The notes: generated by a model not told the origin, from the sequence alone. Positions 39,423 through 49,825 are shown, counted from the stretch's first letter. The stretch is DNA of 64,000 bases from an uncultured Faecalibacterium sp. (GCA_946411155.1 CAMKDB010000001.1:32363-96362), one strand, 5' to 3'. Numbers and translations: made by a program.

Positions 39423-40795
39423 TGCTGACATCAACAGTTGCAGCGATTTCGACTCCTGCCGGAAAGGGCGGGATCGGGATCGTCCGGATCAGCGGTCCGG
39501 ATGCGTATGCGGTTGCTGAAAAAGTCTTTTCTCCCAGGCAGAATAAAAAGGTCTCGGAGATGATCGGATATACGGCATGTCTCGGCACGGTGCGCGACTC
39601 CTGCGGAAAAGTGCTGGATCAGGCGATCCTGCTTTGTTTCCGGGCGCCGAAAAGCTATACAGGAGAGGACGTCGTCGAGATCCAGTGTCACGGCGGTGAG
39701 GCTGTCACAGAAGCGGTTCTCAGAGCGGTGTATGATGCCGGAGCAGAGCCTGCCGGAAAGGGCGAATTCACCAGAAGAGCCTTTCTGAACGGCAGGATCG
39801 GTCTTACAGAGGCGGAAGCCGTGATGGAACTGATCAACGCCGTTTCCCTGGACGGGGAAAAAGCGGCTGCTTCCCTTGCCGATGGATCTCTCGCAAAAAA
39901 GACGGAGGATCTGAAAAATCAGCTTCTGGAGATCCAGACGCAGATCGCCGCGGAGATCGATTTTCCGGAGGAGGACGTAGATGAAGCGGACCGGGATCTG
40001 CTGGAATCCGGGATCACGGAGGTAAGCAGACAGCTTTCCGAATTGCTGACCGGATATGATTCCGGACAGAAACTGCTGAGAGGCGTTCCCGCGGCGATCG
40101 TCGGAAGCCCCAATGTCGGAAAAAGCACGCTGCTGAATCTGATCGCCGGTTTTGACCGGGCGATCGTGTCGAATGAAGCCGGAACGACGCGTGACGTGCT
40201 GGAAGAGAGGGTCACCATCGGCGGTGTACCGCTGCTTCTGGCAGATACAGCCGGGATCCGGGAAGAAGCGTCCGGGCAGGTGGAACAGATCGGGATCGAC
40301 CGCGCGAGACAGCGTCTGGAGCGTTCCAGCCTGATCCTCGCAGTCTTCGATCAAGGCAGGAAACTCAGCGACGACGACCGTGCTCTGATCGGAGAACTCA
40401 AAGGAAGACCTGTCCTTGTGGTGCTGAACAAGGGGGATCTGGAGGAAAAGATCGAAAAGGACGAGATCTACGCCGCGTTTCCCCATGTCATCGAGATCAG
40501 CGCAAAGGAAGACGGCGCACTGTCCCGGCTGTCTGAGGCGGTAACTTCCTTTCTGGGTGTGAACCGGTTCGATGCGGATGCGCCGCTGCTCGCGAACGAA
40601 CGGCAGCGGAACTGCGCACAGCGGTCAAAAACGGCTGTGGATGACGCTTTGGACAGTCTCAGAAGCGGAATTACGCTGGATGTCTGTTACGCGCTGCTGG
40701 ACGAAGCACTCGCTGCACTGTATGATCTTTCCGGTGAGAACGCCAGCGAAGACGTGATCAGCGCGGTATTTGAGAATTTCTGTGTAGGAAAATAA
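39419..40795 (+). CDS. mnmE: tRNA modification GTPase MnmE
   Basis: TVAAISTPAGKGGIGIVRISG, G1 IVGSPNVGKSTLLN and the C-terminal FCVGK. Confidence 0.95.
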   Translation: MMLTSTVAAISTPAGKGGIGIVRISGPDAYAVAEKVFSPRQNKKVSEMIGYTACLGTVRDSCGKVLDQAILLCFRAPKSYTGEDVVEIQCHGGEAVTEAVLRAVYDAGAEPAGKGEFTRRAFLNGRIGLTEAEAVMELINAVSLDGEKAAASLADGSLAKKTEDLKNQLLEIQTQIAAEIDFPEEDVDEADRDLLESGITEVSRQLSELLTGYDSGQKLLRGVPAAIVGSPNVGKSTLLNLIAGFDRAIVSNEAGTTRDVLEERVTIGGVPLLLADTAGIREEASGQVEQIGIDRARQRLERSSLILAVFDQGRKLSDDDRALIGELKGRPVLVVLNKGDLEEKIEKDEIYAAFPHVIEISAKEDGALSRLSEAVTSFLGVNRFDADAPLLANERQRNCAQRSKTAVDDALDSLRSGITLDVCYALLDEALAALYDLSGENASEDVISAVFENFCVGK

Positions 40796-40806
40796 CGGAG
40801 AAGGAT

Positions 40807-42699
40807 ATGTTTCAGTTTCCATCGTATGATATCGCGGTGGTCGGTGCCGGTCATGCCGGGATCGAAGCCGCGCTCGCGGCTGCCCGGCTCGGATGCCGGA
40901 CAGCGATTTTCACGATTACACTGGATGCCATCGGCAATATGCCCTGCAATCCCTCCATCGGCGGAACGGGAAAAGGACATCTGGTTTTCGAACTCGATGC
41001 GCTGGGCGGGGAAATGGGCAGAGCGGCTGACGCTACGATGCTTCAGAGCCGCATGCTGAACCAGACGAAAGGACCTGCGGTACATTCTCTGCGTGTGCAG
41101 AGCGACCGGAGGGCTTATCACCGTTATATGAAATCCGTGCTGGAACAGCAGTCCGGACTGGATATTTTCCAGGATGAGGTCACCGAGATCCTGACGGAAA
41201 ATGGCGCGGTGACCGGTGTCCGGACCTCTCTCGGCGGAGATTTCGCATGCAAAGCGGTAATCATCTGTACCGGCACCTATCTGGGCGGGAAAATCTTCGT
41301 CGGTGACGCGATCCGGCACAGCGGTCCGGACGGCGTCGTTCCGGCGACGAAACTGACCGAGAATCTGATCAAACTCGGCCTGCCGATCCGCCGGTTCAAG
41401 ACGGGAACGCCGGCTAGGGTCCACAGGAGAAGCATCGATTTCTCCAGGCTGGAAGTCCAGTACGGGGACGAAGAGATCGTCCCGTTCTGCTTTGACGATG
41501 CGCAGGAACTGGCGAACAAGGTCACCTGTTATATCGCGTATACAAATGAACGGACACATGAGGTGATCCGGAACAACCTGTCCCGTTCTCCGCTGTACGG
41601 CGGGGCGATCGTGGGGATCGGTCCCAGATACTGCCCGTCGATCGAGGATAAAGTAGTCCGTTTTTCCGATAAAAAACGGCATCAGTTGTTTATTGAGCCC
41701 TGCGGGGAGAATACCGATGAGATGTACCTGCAGGGAATGAGTTCTTCTCTTCCGCTGGATGTCCAGTATGAGATGTACCGGACGATCGAGGGCCTTGAAC
41801 ATGTGGAGATCATGAGGCCGGCGTATGCCATCGAATATGATTGCTGCGATCCGCTCTCCCTGAAGGCGTCTCTGGAATCCAAGGATATCCGCGGGCTGTT
41901 CGGTGCGGGGCAGTTCAACGGAACTTCCGGATACGAAGAGGCCGCTGTGCAGGGACTGATGGCGGGGATCAACGCAGTGCGGCTCATCCGGGGAGAAGAA
42001 CCCTTCATTTTGACTCGGCAGGAGGCCTATATAGGCACTTTGATCGATGATCTGGTAACGAAGGGTGTCAATGACCCCTACCGGATGATGACGTCCCGAT
42101 GCGAGTACCGCCTGATCCTTCGTCAGGACAATGCAGATGACCGTCTGTGCGAGAAAGGTTACCGTCTGGGACTCCTCCCGGAGGAAAAATATCTGCAGTA
42201 CCGCCGGAACCGGGAAGAACTGGACGCGGAACTGGAACGCATCCGCTCCACGGTCGTCCACGCTTCGGAGGAAGTCAACAGAATGCTGCGGGAAAAAGGT
42301 GAGGCAGAACTGACGAAAGGCGTCTCCGCGGAAGCACTGCTCAAACGGCCTGAGATCCATTACGCTGACATCGCCGCCGTGATCCATCCGGACGGAGACT
42401 ATCCGGCAGCCCGGACGATACGCAAAGCGGAGATCGAGATCAAATACGAGGGATATCTGAAACGTCAGAATGCTCTGGCTGCAAAACTGGTGCGGGAGGA
42501 GAGCCTTGCGCTGCCGGAGAATCTGGATTATTCGAAGGTGACAGGCCTGAGGCTGGAGGCAGCTGATAAACTGAACAAAGTAAGACCGTCTTCCTTTGGT
42601 CAAGCGGGACGGATCAGCGGGGTCAATCCCGCGGATCTACAGGTGCTTTCGGTCTGGATCGCCAAAAACCGCGCGGAAAAAGGAGTTCAGGAAACATGA
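40807..42699 (+). CDS. mnmG: tRNA uridine 5-carboxymethylaminomethyl modification enzyme MnmG
   Basis: FAD motif YDIAVVGAGHAGIEAA. 630 aa, with synteny to mnmE and rsmG. Confidence 0.97.
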   Translation: MFQFPSYDIAVVGAGHAGIEAALAAARLGCRTAIFTITLDAIGNMPCNPSIGGTGKGHLVFELDALGGEMGRAADATMLQSRMLNQTKGPAVHSLRVQSDRRAYHRYMKSVLEQQSGLDIFQDEVTEILTENGAVTGVRTSLGGDFACKAVIICTGTYLGGKIFVGDAIRHSGPDGVVPATKLTENLIKLGLPIRRFKTGTPARVHRRSIDFSRLEVQYGDEEIVPFCFDDAQELANKVTCYIAYTNERTHEVIRNNLSRSPLYGGAIVGIGPRYCPSIEDKVVRFSDKKRHQLFIEPCGENTDEMYLQGMSSSLPLDVQYEMYRTIEGLEHVEIMRPAYAIEYDCCDPLSLKASLESKDIRGLFGAGQFNGTSGYEEAAVQGLMAGINAVRLIRGEEPFILTRQEAYIGTLIDDLVTKGVNDPYRMMTSRCEYRLILRQDNADDRLCEKGYRLGLLPEEKYLQYRRNREELDAELERIRSTVVHASEEVNRMLREKGEAELTKGVSAEALLKRPEIHYADIAAVIHPDGDYPAARTIRKAEIEIKYEGYLKRQNALAAKLVREESLALPENLDYSKVTGLRLEAADKLNKVRPSSFGQAGRISGVNPADLQVLSVWIAKNRAEKGVQET

Positions 42700-43397
42700 T
42701 CGATAAGAAATGGCTCGCAGAAGAAGCTATACGGTACGGTATTCAGCTGACGCCGGAGAAAGCGGAGGAGATCGACAGATACTGTGAAGCGGTTTCCGAA
42801 ACGAACCGGTCCTTCAACCTGACGGCGATCACGGACCCGGAAGGGATGCAGGAGAAAAACGCGTTGGACTGCCTTACGGTGCTTCCGTATCTTCCCGGCA
42901 ACGGCTGTGTAGCTGATGTGGGAACAGGAGCGGGATTTCCGGGGGCACTGATCCGGATCATGAGGCCGGATCTGTCCCTCACGCTGATCGAAGCGACAGA
43001 TAAGAAACTTCAGTTCGCGCTTCAGACGCTCAGATCCATGGGATTGCCCACAGAAGGCGTGCACCTTCGCGGTGAGGACGCGGGACGCGGGGAATACCGC
43101 GAACGATTCGATGCGGTCACCGCCCGGGCGGTCGCGCCTCTCTCGTCTTTGCTGGAATACACACTTCCGCTGGTAAAGGTCGGAGGGACACTGATTGCCA
43201 TGAAAGGAGCGGGAGGAAAGGAAGAGCTTGAAGAAGCGAAGAATGCGCTGAAGATCCTCGGGGGCAGTGTTGCCGGAGTCCATGAACTGGAACTTCCGAC
43301 CGCCGGGGGGAGGGTGATTCTGGAAATCAGAAAAGATAAGCCCTGTCCGTCGAAATACCCCAGACAGAGCCGTCTGATCCGTAAGAACCCGTTATAA
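42696..43397 (+). CDS. rsmG: 16S rRNA (guanine527-N7)-methyltransferase RsmG
   Basis: SAM motif VADVGTGAGFPG. ATGA overlap with mnmG. Confidence 0.93.
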   Translation: MIDKKWLAEEAIRYGIQLTPEKAEEIDRYCEAVSETNRSFNLTAITDPEGMQEKNALDCLTVLPYLPGNGCVADVGTGAGFPGALIRIMRPDLSLTLIEATDKKLQFALQTLRSMGLPTEGVHLRGEDAGRGEYRERFDAVTARAVAPLSSLLEYTLPLVKVGGTLIAMKGAGGKEELEEAKNALKILGGSVAGVHELELPTAGGRVILEIRKDKPCPSKYPRQSRLIRKNPL

Positions 43398-43439
43398 TTT
43401 ACCCATCATCCCCGTATCATTGCTGAAGGAGGCACGACG

Positions 43440-44426
43440 ATGGATAGGATAATGAAAAAAGCAGTCTGCTTAGGAATGTTGTTGGTAATGGTCTTTTCGA
43501 TGTCGTTTGCCGGAAGGGAAAGAGTGTATGCTGCGGAAGCAACTGTTCCCGATCGGCAGGAAGCGGGAGCGCCGTACCTGACTGTGTATACGGAACTGAT
43601 TCAGCTGCCGATGAACGGAACGCAACAGATTTCTTATGATACGAATGCCGACAAAGTCACCTGGACGAGTGACAATCCCGAGGTTGTGTCCGTTGATAAA
43701 AACGGACTGGTCACAGCACTGAAAGTCGTGTACGACGATACGTGGATCACGGCGTCGATCCCTGACGGAAACGGCGGAACAATCGAGCGGAGATGTCTGG
43801 TCTATACTTATTTCATCGATGTCTACGGGGATTATCCGTACTATTTCTTTCCCGTCTACTGGGCGTTCGGACAGAATATCACCACAGGATATACGGACAG
43901 CCACGGGAATCAGACCGGGTATTTCGGACCGGATGATTCGTGTACCCGGGGGCAGATTGTGACATTCATGTACCGTTTTCTCAAGGATTACTTCCCGGCG
44001 GATACCGGAGGAGGGATGTCTTTCTCCGATGTCAAAAAGAAAACGTATTATTATGACGCCGTCAAATGGGCGGTTGCGAACGGAATCACGACAGGCTATA
44101 CCGATGAGAACGGGAACCCGACTGGGGAATTCGGACCGGACGATATATGCACACGTGCGCAGATCGTGACCTTCATCTACCGCCTGCTGAGGGAAGAATG
44201 GCCGCAAAATGTTGACACCAGCGGGGTCAGTTACAAAGACGTTAAAAAGAACACGTATTATTATGACGCGGTTCGGTGGGCAGTTGCGGCAGGGATCACG
44301 ACCGGATTTACTGATGCAAACGGAAATCCGACCGGAAGATTCGGACCGAACCAGAATTGTACACGCGGGCAGGCTGTGACGTTCATTTACCGAATCGGAT
44401 TCGAATCAGACTGGTATTTCAGCTGA
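43440..44426 (+). CDS. secreted protein with an Ig-like (Big_2-like) segment and three SLH-like repeats
   Basis: A signal peptide is followed by VTWTSDNPEVVSVDKNGLVTALK. Three ~57-aa repeats follow, of the type FSDVKKKTYYYDAVKWAVANGITTGYTDENGNPTGEFGPDDICTRAQIVTFIYRLL. Confidence 0.8.
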   Translation: MDRIMKKAVCLGMLLVMVFSMSFAGRERVYAAEATVPDRQEAGAPYLTVYTELIQLPMNGTQQISYDTNADKVTWTSDNPEVVSVDKNGLVTALKVVYDDTWITASIPDGNGGTIERRCLVYTYFIDVYGDYPYYFFPVYWAFGQNITTGYTDSHGNQTGYFGPDDSCTRGQIVTFMYRFLKDYFPADTGGGMSFSDVKKKTYYYDAVKWAVANGITTGYTDENGNPTGEFGPDDICTRAQIVTFIYRLLREEWPQNVDTSGVSYKDVKKNTYYYDAVRWAVAAGITTGFTDANGNPTGRFGPNQNCTRGQAVTFIYRIGFESDWYFS

Positions 44427-44455
44427 ACGGAAAGATTTTTGACTTCAAAACATAA

Positions 44456-44498
44456 AGGATCCCGGTCTTCCTGAGAGGAAGGATCGGGATCCTGTTTT
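44456..44498 (+). terminator. rho-independent terminator
   Basis: AGGATCCCGGTCTTCC ... GGAAGGATCGGGATCCT long stem followed by GTTTT. Confidence 0.75.
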
Positions 44499-44551
44499 AT
44501 AAATACGGAATACCCAGGCAGGGAGACACAAAGCCGGCGGATTCCCTGAAA

Positions 44552-44755
44552 TCAGGAAAGGAAGAAAAGCTGCTCAAAACGCAGACCGAGTTCCCGGCAA
44601 AGTTTAAGCGCGAGAAGGGCGGAAGGGGTATAACTTCCTTTCTCCAGCGCATTGATCGTCTGACGGGAAACACCCGTGCGGTCTGCCAGCTCCTGCTGAG
44701 TCAGACCCTGTTTACGGCGGGCGAAACGGATGCGGTTTTTCAGCATTTCTTCCAT
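44552..44755 (-). CDS. small XRE-family HTH transcriptional regulator (67 aa)
   Basis: GLTQQELADRTGVSRQTINALEKG. Confidence 0.8.
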   Translation of the reverse strand: MEEMLKNRIRFARRKQGLTQQELADRTGVSRQTINALEKGSYTPSALLALKLCRELGLRFEQLFFLS

Positions 44756-44776
44756 GTCTTTTCTCCTTGAAAGAGA

Positions 44777-44796
44777 GTGTAAAGTAAACTTGACAC
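44777..44796. promoter_or_regulatory. imperfect palindrome GTGTAAAGT-AA-ACTTGACAC between the candidate promoter and the XRE start (candidate autoregulatory operator)
   Basis: Read directly from the sequence, with one mismatch between the arms. On the minus strand TTGACC-N17-TATTCT lies just upstream. Confidence 0.3.
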
Positions 44797-44832
44797 CTAT
44801 AGAATACAGATAGTTGAGACCGCGGTCAAGGG

Positions 44833-44866
44833 AAAAAAGAAGAACGGAGAGGAAACTCTCCGTTCT
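44833..44866 (-). terminator. rho-independent terminator of pepT
   Basis: AGAACGGAGAG gaaa CTCTCCGTTCT, with a T-rich run (CTTTTTT) on the minus strand. Confidence 0.7.
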
Positions 44867-44922
44867 ATTACAAATTGTAATACTGTAAAGGTATTATACT
44901 TTCTGGAAAGCGGAAAACCTTG

Positions 44923-46146
44923 TCAGGAGGCAAAAAGTGCCGTAATTTCAAGCAAAACTGACACCATCTGCTCCATTTCCTCAGCAACGACATACTCGTA
45001 ACGGCCATGACAGTTGCGGTCTCCGGTCCCGATATTGGGGCATGGAACGCCATGATAGGACATGGTTGCGCCGTCCGTACCGCCGCGAATGGGGCTGATG
45101 ACGGGCTCGATGCCGAATTTCTCGTAGGCTTTCACGGCGTTATCGATGAGGGTCGGATACTGCTCCACGATCTCCCGCATGTTGCGGTAACTGTCCCTGA
45201 GGATCAGCTCCACAGTGCCTTCGCCGTACTTGGCGTTCATGAAATCGGCGGCAGCCTGTGTGACGCGCTTACGGTTTTCCAGAATGGACGAATCATGGTC
45301 CCGGAGGATATAGCTGAGGACTGCGCGGTCGCAGTTTCCTTCGAAAGTATCCAGATGATAGAATCCCTCATAGCCTTCCGTGAATTCAGGGCTTTCCGCG
45401 CGCGGGAGCAGGGCATCGAATTCTTCCGCGATGCGGACAGCGTTCTTCATCTTCCCTTTCGCAGCGCCTGGGTGGATGCTGAGACCGTGAACGATCACGG
45501 TGGCGGAAGCGGCGCTGAAGCATTCATAGCTCAGATCGCCGAGCGGACCGCCGTCAAGCGTATAGCCGAAGTCGGCGTCCAGCCGTTCATAATCCAGCCC
45601 TGAAACGCCCATTCCGACTTCCTCGTCCGGAGTAAAGGCGATCCTGAGTTCGCCGTGCGGAAGATCCGGATGGGCGAGAAGATGCTCTGCAAGCGACATG
45701 ATGATCGCGACGCCTGCTTTGTCGTCCCCGCCCAGAAGCGTGGAGCCGTCTGTGCTGATGATGGTCTTGCCGATCTGTTTCAGAAGGTCCGGATAGTCCT
45801 TCGGGGAGAGGATCCTGCCGTCCGTGCCCAGGTCGATATCCTGTCCCTGATAGTTCTCCGTGATCAGCGGCCGGACGTCCGTGTCGCTGACGGCAGGACT
45901 GGTGTCCATATGTGCGACGAGCGCCAGTTTCGGACCGGCAGCACCGGTATTGGAGGGGATCCTGGCGTAGACATAGCAGCGCTCTTCATCGAGATAGACA
46001 TCCGATGCGCCGATCTCCTTTAGTTCTTCCGTCAGCATGCGGGCAAGATCGAACTGTTGCATCGTGGAGGGTGTGGTGTCGTGTCCTTCCTCACTCATCG
46101 TGTCCACTTTGACATAGCGTAGAAAGCGTTCTGTGGTTTTCGTCAT
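44923..46146 (-). CDS. pepT: peptidase T (tripeptide aminopeptidase, M20B)
   Basis: RFLRYVKVDT, HMDTSP, LGGDDKAGVAI and FTPDEEVG. The start was chosen at MTKTTERF on RBS spacing. ATG 46152 and the track start 46203 are alternatives. Confidence 0.9.
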   Translation of the reverse strand: MTKTTERFLRYVKVDTMSEEGHDTTPSTMQQFDLARMLTEELKEIGASDVYLDEERCYVYARIPSNTGAAGPKLALVAHMDTSPAVSDTDVRPLITENYQGQDIDLGTDGRILSPKDYPDLLKQIGKTIISTDGSTLLGGDDKAGVAIIMSLAEHLLAHPDLPHGELRIAFTPDEEVGMGVSGLDYERLDADFGYTLDGGPLGDLSYECFSAASATVIVHGLSIHPGAAKGKMKNAVRIAEEFDALLPRAESPEFTEGYEGFYHLDTFEGNCDRAVLSYILRDHDSSILENRKRVTQAAADFMNAKYGEGTVELILRDSYRNMREIVEQYPTLIDNAVKAYEKFGIEPVISPIRGGTDGATMSYHGVPCPNIGTGDRNCHGRYEYVVAEEMEQMVSVLLEITALFAS

Positions 46147-46261
46147 AGTCATGTTTCCTTTTCTGTTTTTTTCCATTATAGGACCGCTGTTCGCTTCTGT
46201 CACGGCTTGCCGTATGCAATTCCTGCGTGTAGAATGAAGAAAAAAATGAGGTATCTGAACG

Positions 46262-47293
46262 ATGATCCGTTTTGAATGTGATTACGGCGAAGGCGCACAC
46301 CCCAGGATACTGGAGCTCCTTCAGGAAACCAACTATGAACAGACGCCCGGATATGGTGAAGACCGCTGGTGCCGGCTTGCCGCGGACCGGATCCGTGAGG
46401 CTTGCGGGGCACCGGAGGCGGACGTACATTTCGTCGTCGGCGGAACACAGGCGAATCTGATGGTCGTCGCGTCTCTTCTGCGTCCTTATGAAGGCGTCAT
46501 TTCTGCGACGACCGGACACATCGAAGTCCACGAGACCGGCGCAGTGGAAGCCACCGGGCACAAGATCCTGACGGTTCCCGAAACGGAAGGCAAGATCTCG
46601 GCTGCCCAGGTCGAAGCCGTTCTGGCGGAATATGCAGATTCTCCGGTACCGGATCATGTGGTGAAACCGGGCATGGTCTATATTTCCCATCCGACCGAAT
46701 ACGGTACGCTTTACAGCAGGGACGAACTGAAAGCGCTGTCCGACGTATGTCACAGATACGGGATCCCGCTCTTCCTGGACGGTGCGAGGCTTGCCTTTGC
46801 GCTGGGGGCGGAAGAAAACGATGTTTCTCTGCAGGACCTGGCTGAACTTTGTGACGTCTTTTATATCGGAGGAACCAAATGCGGAGCGCTGTTCGGCGAA
46901 GCCGTCGTGATCACCACGCCTGCCTGCAAGAAGGGATTCCGGATGATGATGAAACAGCGCGGCGGTATGCTTGCCAAAGGCAGATTGCTGGGTGTCCAGT
47001 TCTTTGCGCTCTTTGAGGGCGGGCTGTATGAGGAAGTCGGCAGAAAGGCGGACGGCCAGGCGCTGAGAATCAAAAAAGCGTTGAAAGAAAAGGGCGTCCC
47101 GCTGTATTATGAATCTACAACGAACCAGCAGTTCTTTGTGCTGACTGAAGATCAGTACGCCGTGCTGAAAGACCGGTATTCGTTCTCGGATAACGGTCCG
47201 GTGTCAGGAGGAAGGCTGGTCCGGGCATGCACGAGCTGGGCGACCAGAGACGAAGACGTCGACACGCTCGTCGCAGATATCAATCAACTATAA
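46262..47293 (+). CDS. PLP-dependent threonine aldolase / beta-eliminating lyase family protein
   Basis: VVGGTQANLMV and the putative PLP-lysine region YIGGTKCGALFGEA. 343 aa. Confidence 0.75.
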   Translation: MIRFECDYGEGAHPRILELLQETNYEQTPGYGEDRWCRLAADRIREACGAPEADVHFVVGGTQANLMVVASLLRPYEGVISATTGHIEVHETGAVEATGHKILTVPETEGKISAAQVEAVLAEYADSPVPDHVVKPGMVYISHPTEYGTLYSRDELKALSDVCHRYGIPLFLDGARLAFALGAEENDVSLQDLAELCDVFYIGGTKCGALFGEAVVITTPACKKGFRMMMKQRGGMLAKGRLLGVQFFALFEGGLYEEVGRKADGQALRIKKALKEKGVPLYYESTTNQQFFVLTEDQYAVLKDRYSFSDNGPVSGGRLVRACTSWATRDEDVDTLVADINQL

Positions 47294-47305
47294 GGAGGGA
47301 TACAA

Positions 47306-47740
47306 ATGAAAAAGAAAGGTTTGCTTGCTGAGTTTAAGGAGTTTCTTGCACAGGGAAATGCCCTGGATCTGGCAGTCGGTGTCGTCATCGGCGGCGCGTT
47401 CTCCTCGATCGTGAATGCGATCGTTGACGCGGTCATCAATCCGATCATCGGCGTGATCGTCGGCGGTGTCGATTTCTCCGGCATCACCATCGGCCTGTTC
47501 CCGATCGGACAGCTGATCATGGCGATCATCAACTTCGTACTCGTTGCGTTCGTTCTCTTCATGATCGTACGCACCGCAAATGCCGCAAAGGCGAAACTCA
47601 ATGCAGAGAAGATCGCCGCGGAAAAGGCAAAAGCGGAAGAGGAAGCAGCTGCGAAGAAGGCTGCTGAAGAAGAAGCCGCCAGAAAAGCAGAGGAACCCGT
47701 GGAACTGCTCCGGGAGATCCTCGCCGCTCTCAAAAAATAA
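47306..47740 (+). CDS. mscL: large-conductance mechanosensitive channel
   Basis: EFKEFLAQGNALDLAVGVVIGGAFSSIVNA. Confidence 0.93.
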   Translation: MKKKGLLAEFKEFLAQGNALDLAVGVVIGGAFSSIVNAIVDAVINPIIGVIVGGVDFSGITIGLFPIGQLIMAIINFVLVAFVLFMIVRTANAAKAKLNAEKIAAEKAKAEEEAAAKKAAEEEAARKAEEPVELLREILAALKK

Positions 47741-47756
47741 TCATCCGCGAAGGAAG

Positions 47757-47797
47757 AACAGAGACCCGTCCCGTACGGGCCTCTGTTTTTTGTTTTT
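47757..47797 (+). terminator. rho-independent terminator
   Basis: AACAGAGACCCG ... CGGGCCTCTGTT followed by TTTTTGTTTTT. Confidence 0.75.
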
Positions 47798-47889
47798 CCG
47801 GGATATGGATTTTTGAGAATCTGTCAATTATATTATGTATCAGTAGTTTAAAATTTTTTGTCTGATGCGGCTGTGTGGGGGAAACAGTA

Positions 47890-49746
47890 ATGGCTGGTCC
47901 AAGAGGGGCGTTCGGCCCCAGAGGTTTTCTGACAGAAGAAGAAAAGAAAGAGAAGCCGAAAGTCACGAAGGAGCTGCTGCTCCGGATCCTTTCGTACCTG
48001 AAACCGTACTGGTTCCAGTTTGTGCTGGTTTTTGCCGCGATCCTTCTTTCATCGGCAGTCGGTCTGCTTCCTTCCATCATTACGGGAAGGATCGTGGATC
48101 AGGCTTTGGTAGGGAAAAACATGGCCCTGCTGATCCGGCTGCTGCTCCTTGCCTTCCTGACACTGGCGGCATCTCAGGTGATCGGGGTTCTGGAGAGCTA
48201 TATCAACGCCTGGATCTCCCAGCGGATCATCTTCGATATGAAGAATCAGATGTACGCGCATCTGCAGTCTATGCCGCACTCTTTCTTCACCTCGGAGAAG
48301 CAGGGAGACATCATCACCCGTATGAATACGGATATCAGCGGCGTGAGCAATGTGATCTCCGGTACGCTTTCCAGTATCGTCAGCAACGTGGCAACGGTGG
48401 CGACGACGCTTGTAGCGCTGTTCTCCATGAGCTGGCAGCTTGCCCTGGTGGGGATCGTCGTGATCCCTCTGCTGGTGCTGCCGACCAAAACGGTGGGCAA
48501 GACCCGCTGGCAGCTGCTTACGGAGAGTCAGGAAAAACATGATGAGATGAACCAGATGATCAACGAGACGCTGAGCGTCAGCGGATCGATGCTGGTCAAG
48601 ATCTTCACACGCGAGAAAAAAGAATATGAACGGTTCGTCAAATTGAATGAAGAGGTCACGCAGCTCTCTCTGAAGGAGCAGCGCAGCGGCAAATGGTTCC
48701 GCGTGGTCATGGGCATGTTCACCCAGATCGGACCGCTTCTGATCTATTTTGCCGGTGGCTATCTGATCATCACCAAGATGGATCAGTCGCTGAGCGTCGG
48801 CATGATCACCGCCACGGTCGCGCTGATAAACCGTCTGTACCGGCCGGTGGAATCCCTGCTGAACATTCAGGTGGACTTTACCCGTTCACTGGCGCTGTTC
48901 ACCAGGATCTTCGATTATTTCGACAAGGAAGCGACGATCGTCAGTCCGAAGAACGGCAGACGGCCGAACATGTTCAAGACAGACATCGTATACGACCATG
49001 TCAGCTTCAGTTACACGCCGGATAAGCCCCTGCTGACGGATATCAACTTCACCGTGCCAGGCGGTGCGATGTACGCTATCGTCGGGCCGTCCGGTTCGGG
49101 CAAATCCACGGTCGTGAACCTGATCCCGCGTCTGTACGACGTGGTCGGCGGCAGCGTCTCTATCGGCGGATACGACGTGCGCAAGATCGACCTTACCTAC
49201 CTCAGGGAATCTGTCGGCGTCGTGACGCAGGACACCTACCTGTTCAACGGCACGATCCGGGAGAACCTGCTGTACGCGAAAGAGGACGCCACGGAGGCGG
49301 AACTGGAGCGCGCGTGCAGAATCGCCAACATCCATGATTACATCGCCTCACAGCCGGACGGATATGATACCATGGTCGGCAACCGCGGGCTGAAACTGTC
49401 CGGCGGTGAGAAACAGCGGCTCTCTATCGCGCGGGTGATCCTGAAGGATCCCAAGATCCTGATCCTGGACGAGGCAACCTCCGCGCTGGACAGCATCTCC
49501 GAAAACTCCATACAGGACGCGCTGGAAACGATCATGAAGGGAAGAACGAGCATCGTGATCGCGCACAGGCTTTCCACTATTCTGAAAGCGGACAAGATTC
49601 TGGTCGTGGCAGGCGGAGTGATCGCCGAACAGGGCAGCCATGAGGAACTGCTCGAGAAGAACGGGATCTACAGAGAACTGTACGAGACCCAGTTCCGTAA
49701 GATCATCGAGTATGAAGGAGAGAAGAATCCGGAATCCCGGCAGTGA
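47890..49746 (+). CDS. ABC exporter, fused permease/ATPase (MsbA/ABCB type)
   Basis: Six-helix TMD, then Walker A IVGPSGSGKSTV, signature LSGGEKQRLSIARV and Walker B ILILDEATSALD. The ATG at 47890 follows GGGGGAAAC. Confidence 0.9.
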   Translation: MAGPRGAFGPRGFLTEEEKKEKPKVTKELLLRILSYLKPYWFQFVLVFAAILLSSAVGLLPSIITGRIVDQALVGKNMALLIRLLLLAFLTLAASQVIGVLESYINAWISQRIIFDMKNQMYAHLQSMPHSFFTSEKQGDIITRMNTDISGVSNVISGTLSSIVSNVATVATTLVALFSMSWQLALVGIVVIPLLVLPTKTVGKTRWQLLTESQEKHDEMNQMINETLSVSGSMLVKIFTREKKEYERFVKLNEEVTQLSLKEQRSGKWFRVVMGMFTQIGPLLIYFAGGYLIITKMDQSLSVGMITATVALINRLYRPVESLLNIQVDFTRSLALFTRIFDYFDKEATIVSPKNGRRPNMFKTDIVYDHVSFSYTPDKPLLTDINFTVPGGAMYAIVGPSGSGKSTVVNLIPRLYDVVGGSVSIGGYDVRKIDLTYLRESVGVVTQDTYLFNGTIRENLLYAKEDATEAELERACRIANIHDYIASQPDGYDTMVGNRGLKLSGGEKQRLSIARVILKDPKILILDEATSALDSISENSIQDALETIMKGRTSIVIAHRLSTILKADKILVVAGGVIAEQGSHEELLEKNGIYRELYETQFRKIIEYEGEKNPESRQ

Positions 49747-49825
49747 TCCGGACCGGAAGCGTATGGAAGGACGGCTGACAGGTACGTTCTGAACGGCGGT
49801 TATAGCATAAAAACGGATACAGAAA

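Noticed and set aside
37626-39434. 602-aa minus-strand ORF
   Set aside because: It is antisense to the yidC 3' end, jag and the PPase-like gene. Its F/L/S-rich low-complexity translation is produced by the polypurine tract in jag.
39431-42603. 351-aa and 638-aa minus-strand ORFs
   Set aside because: They are antisense to mnmE and mnmG, both identified by strong motifs and synteny.
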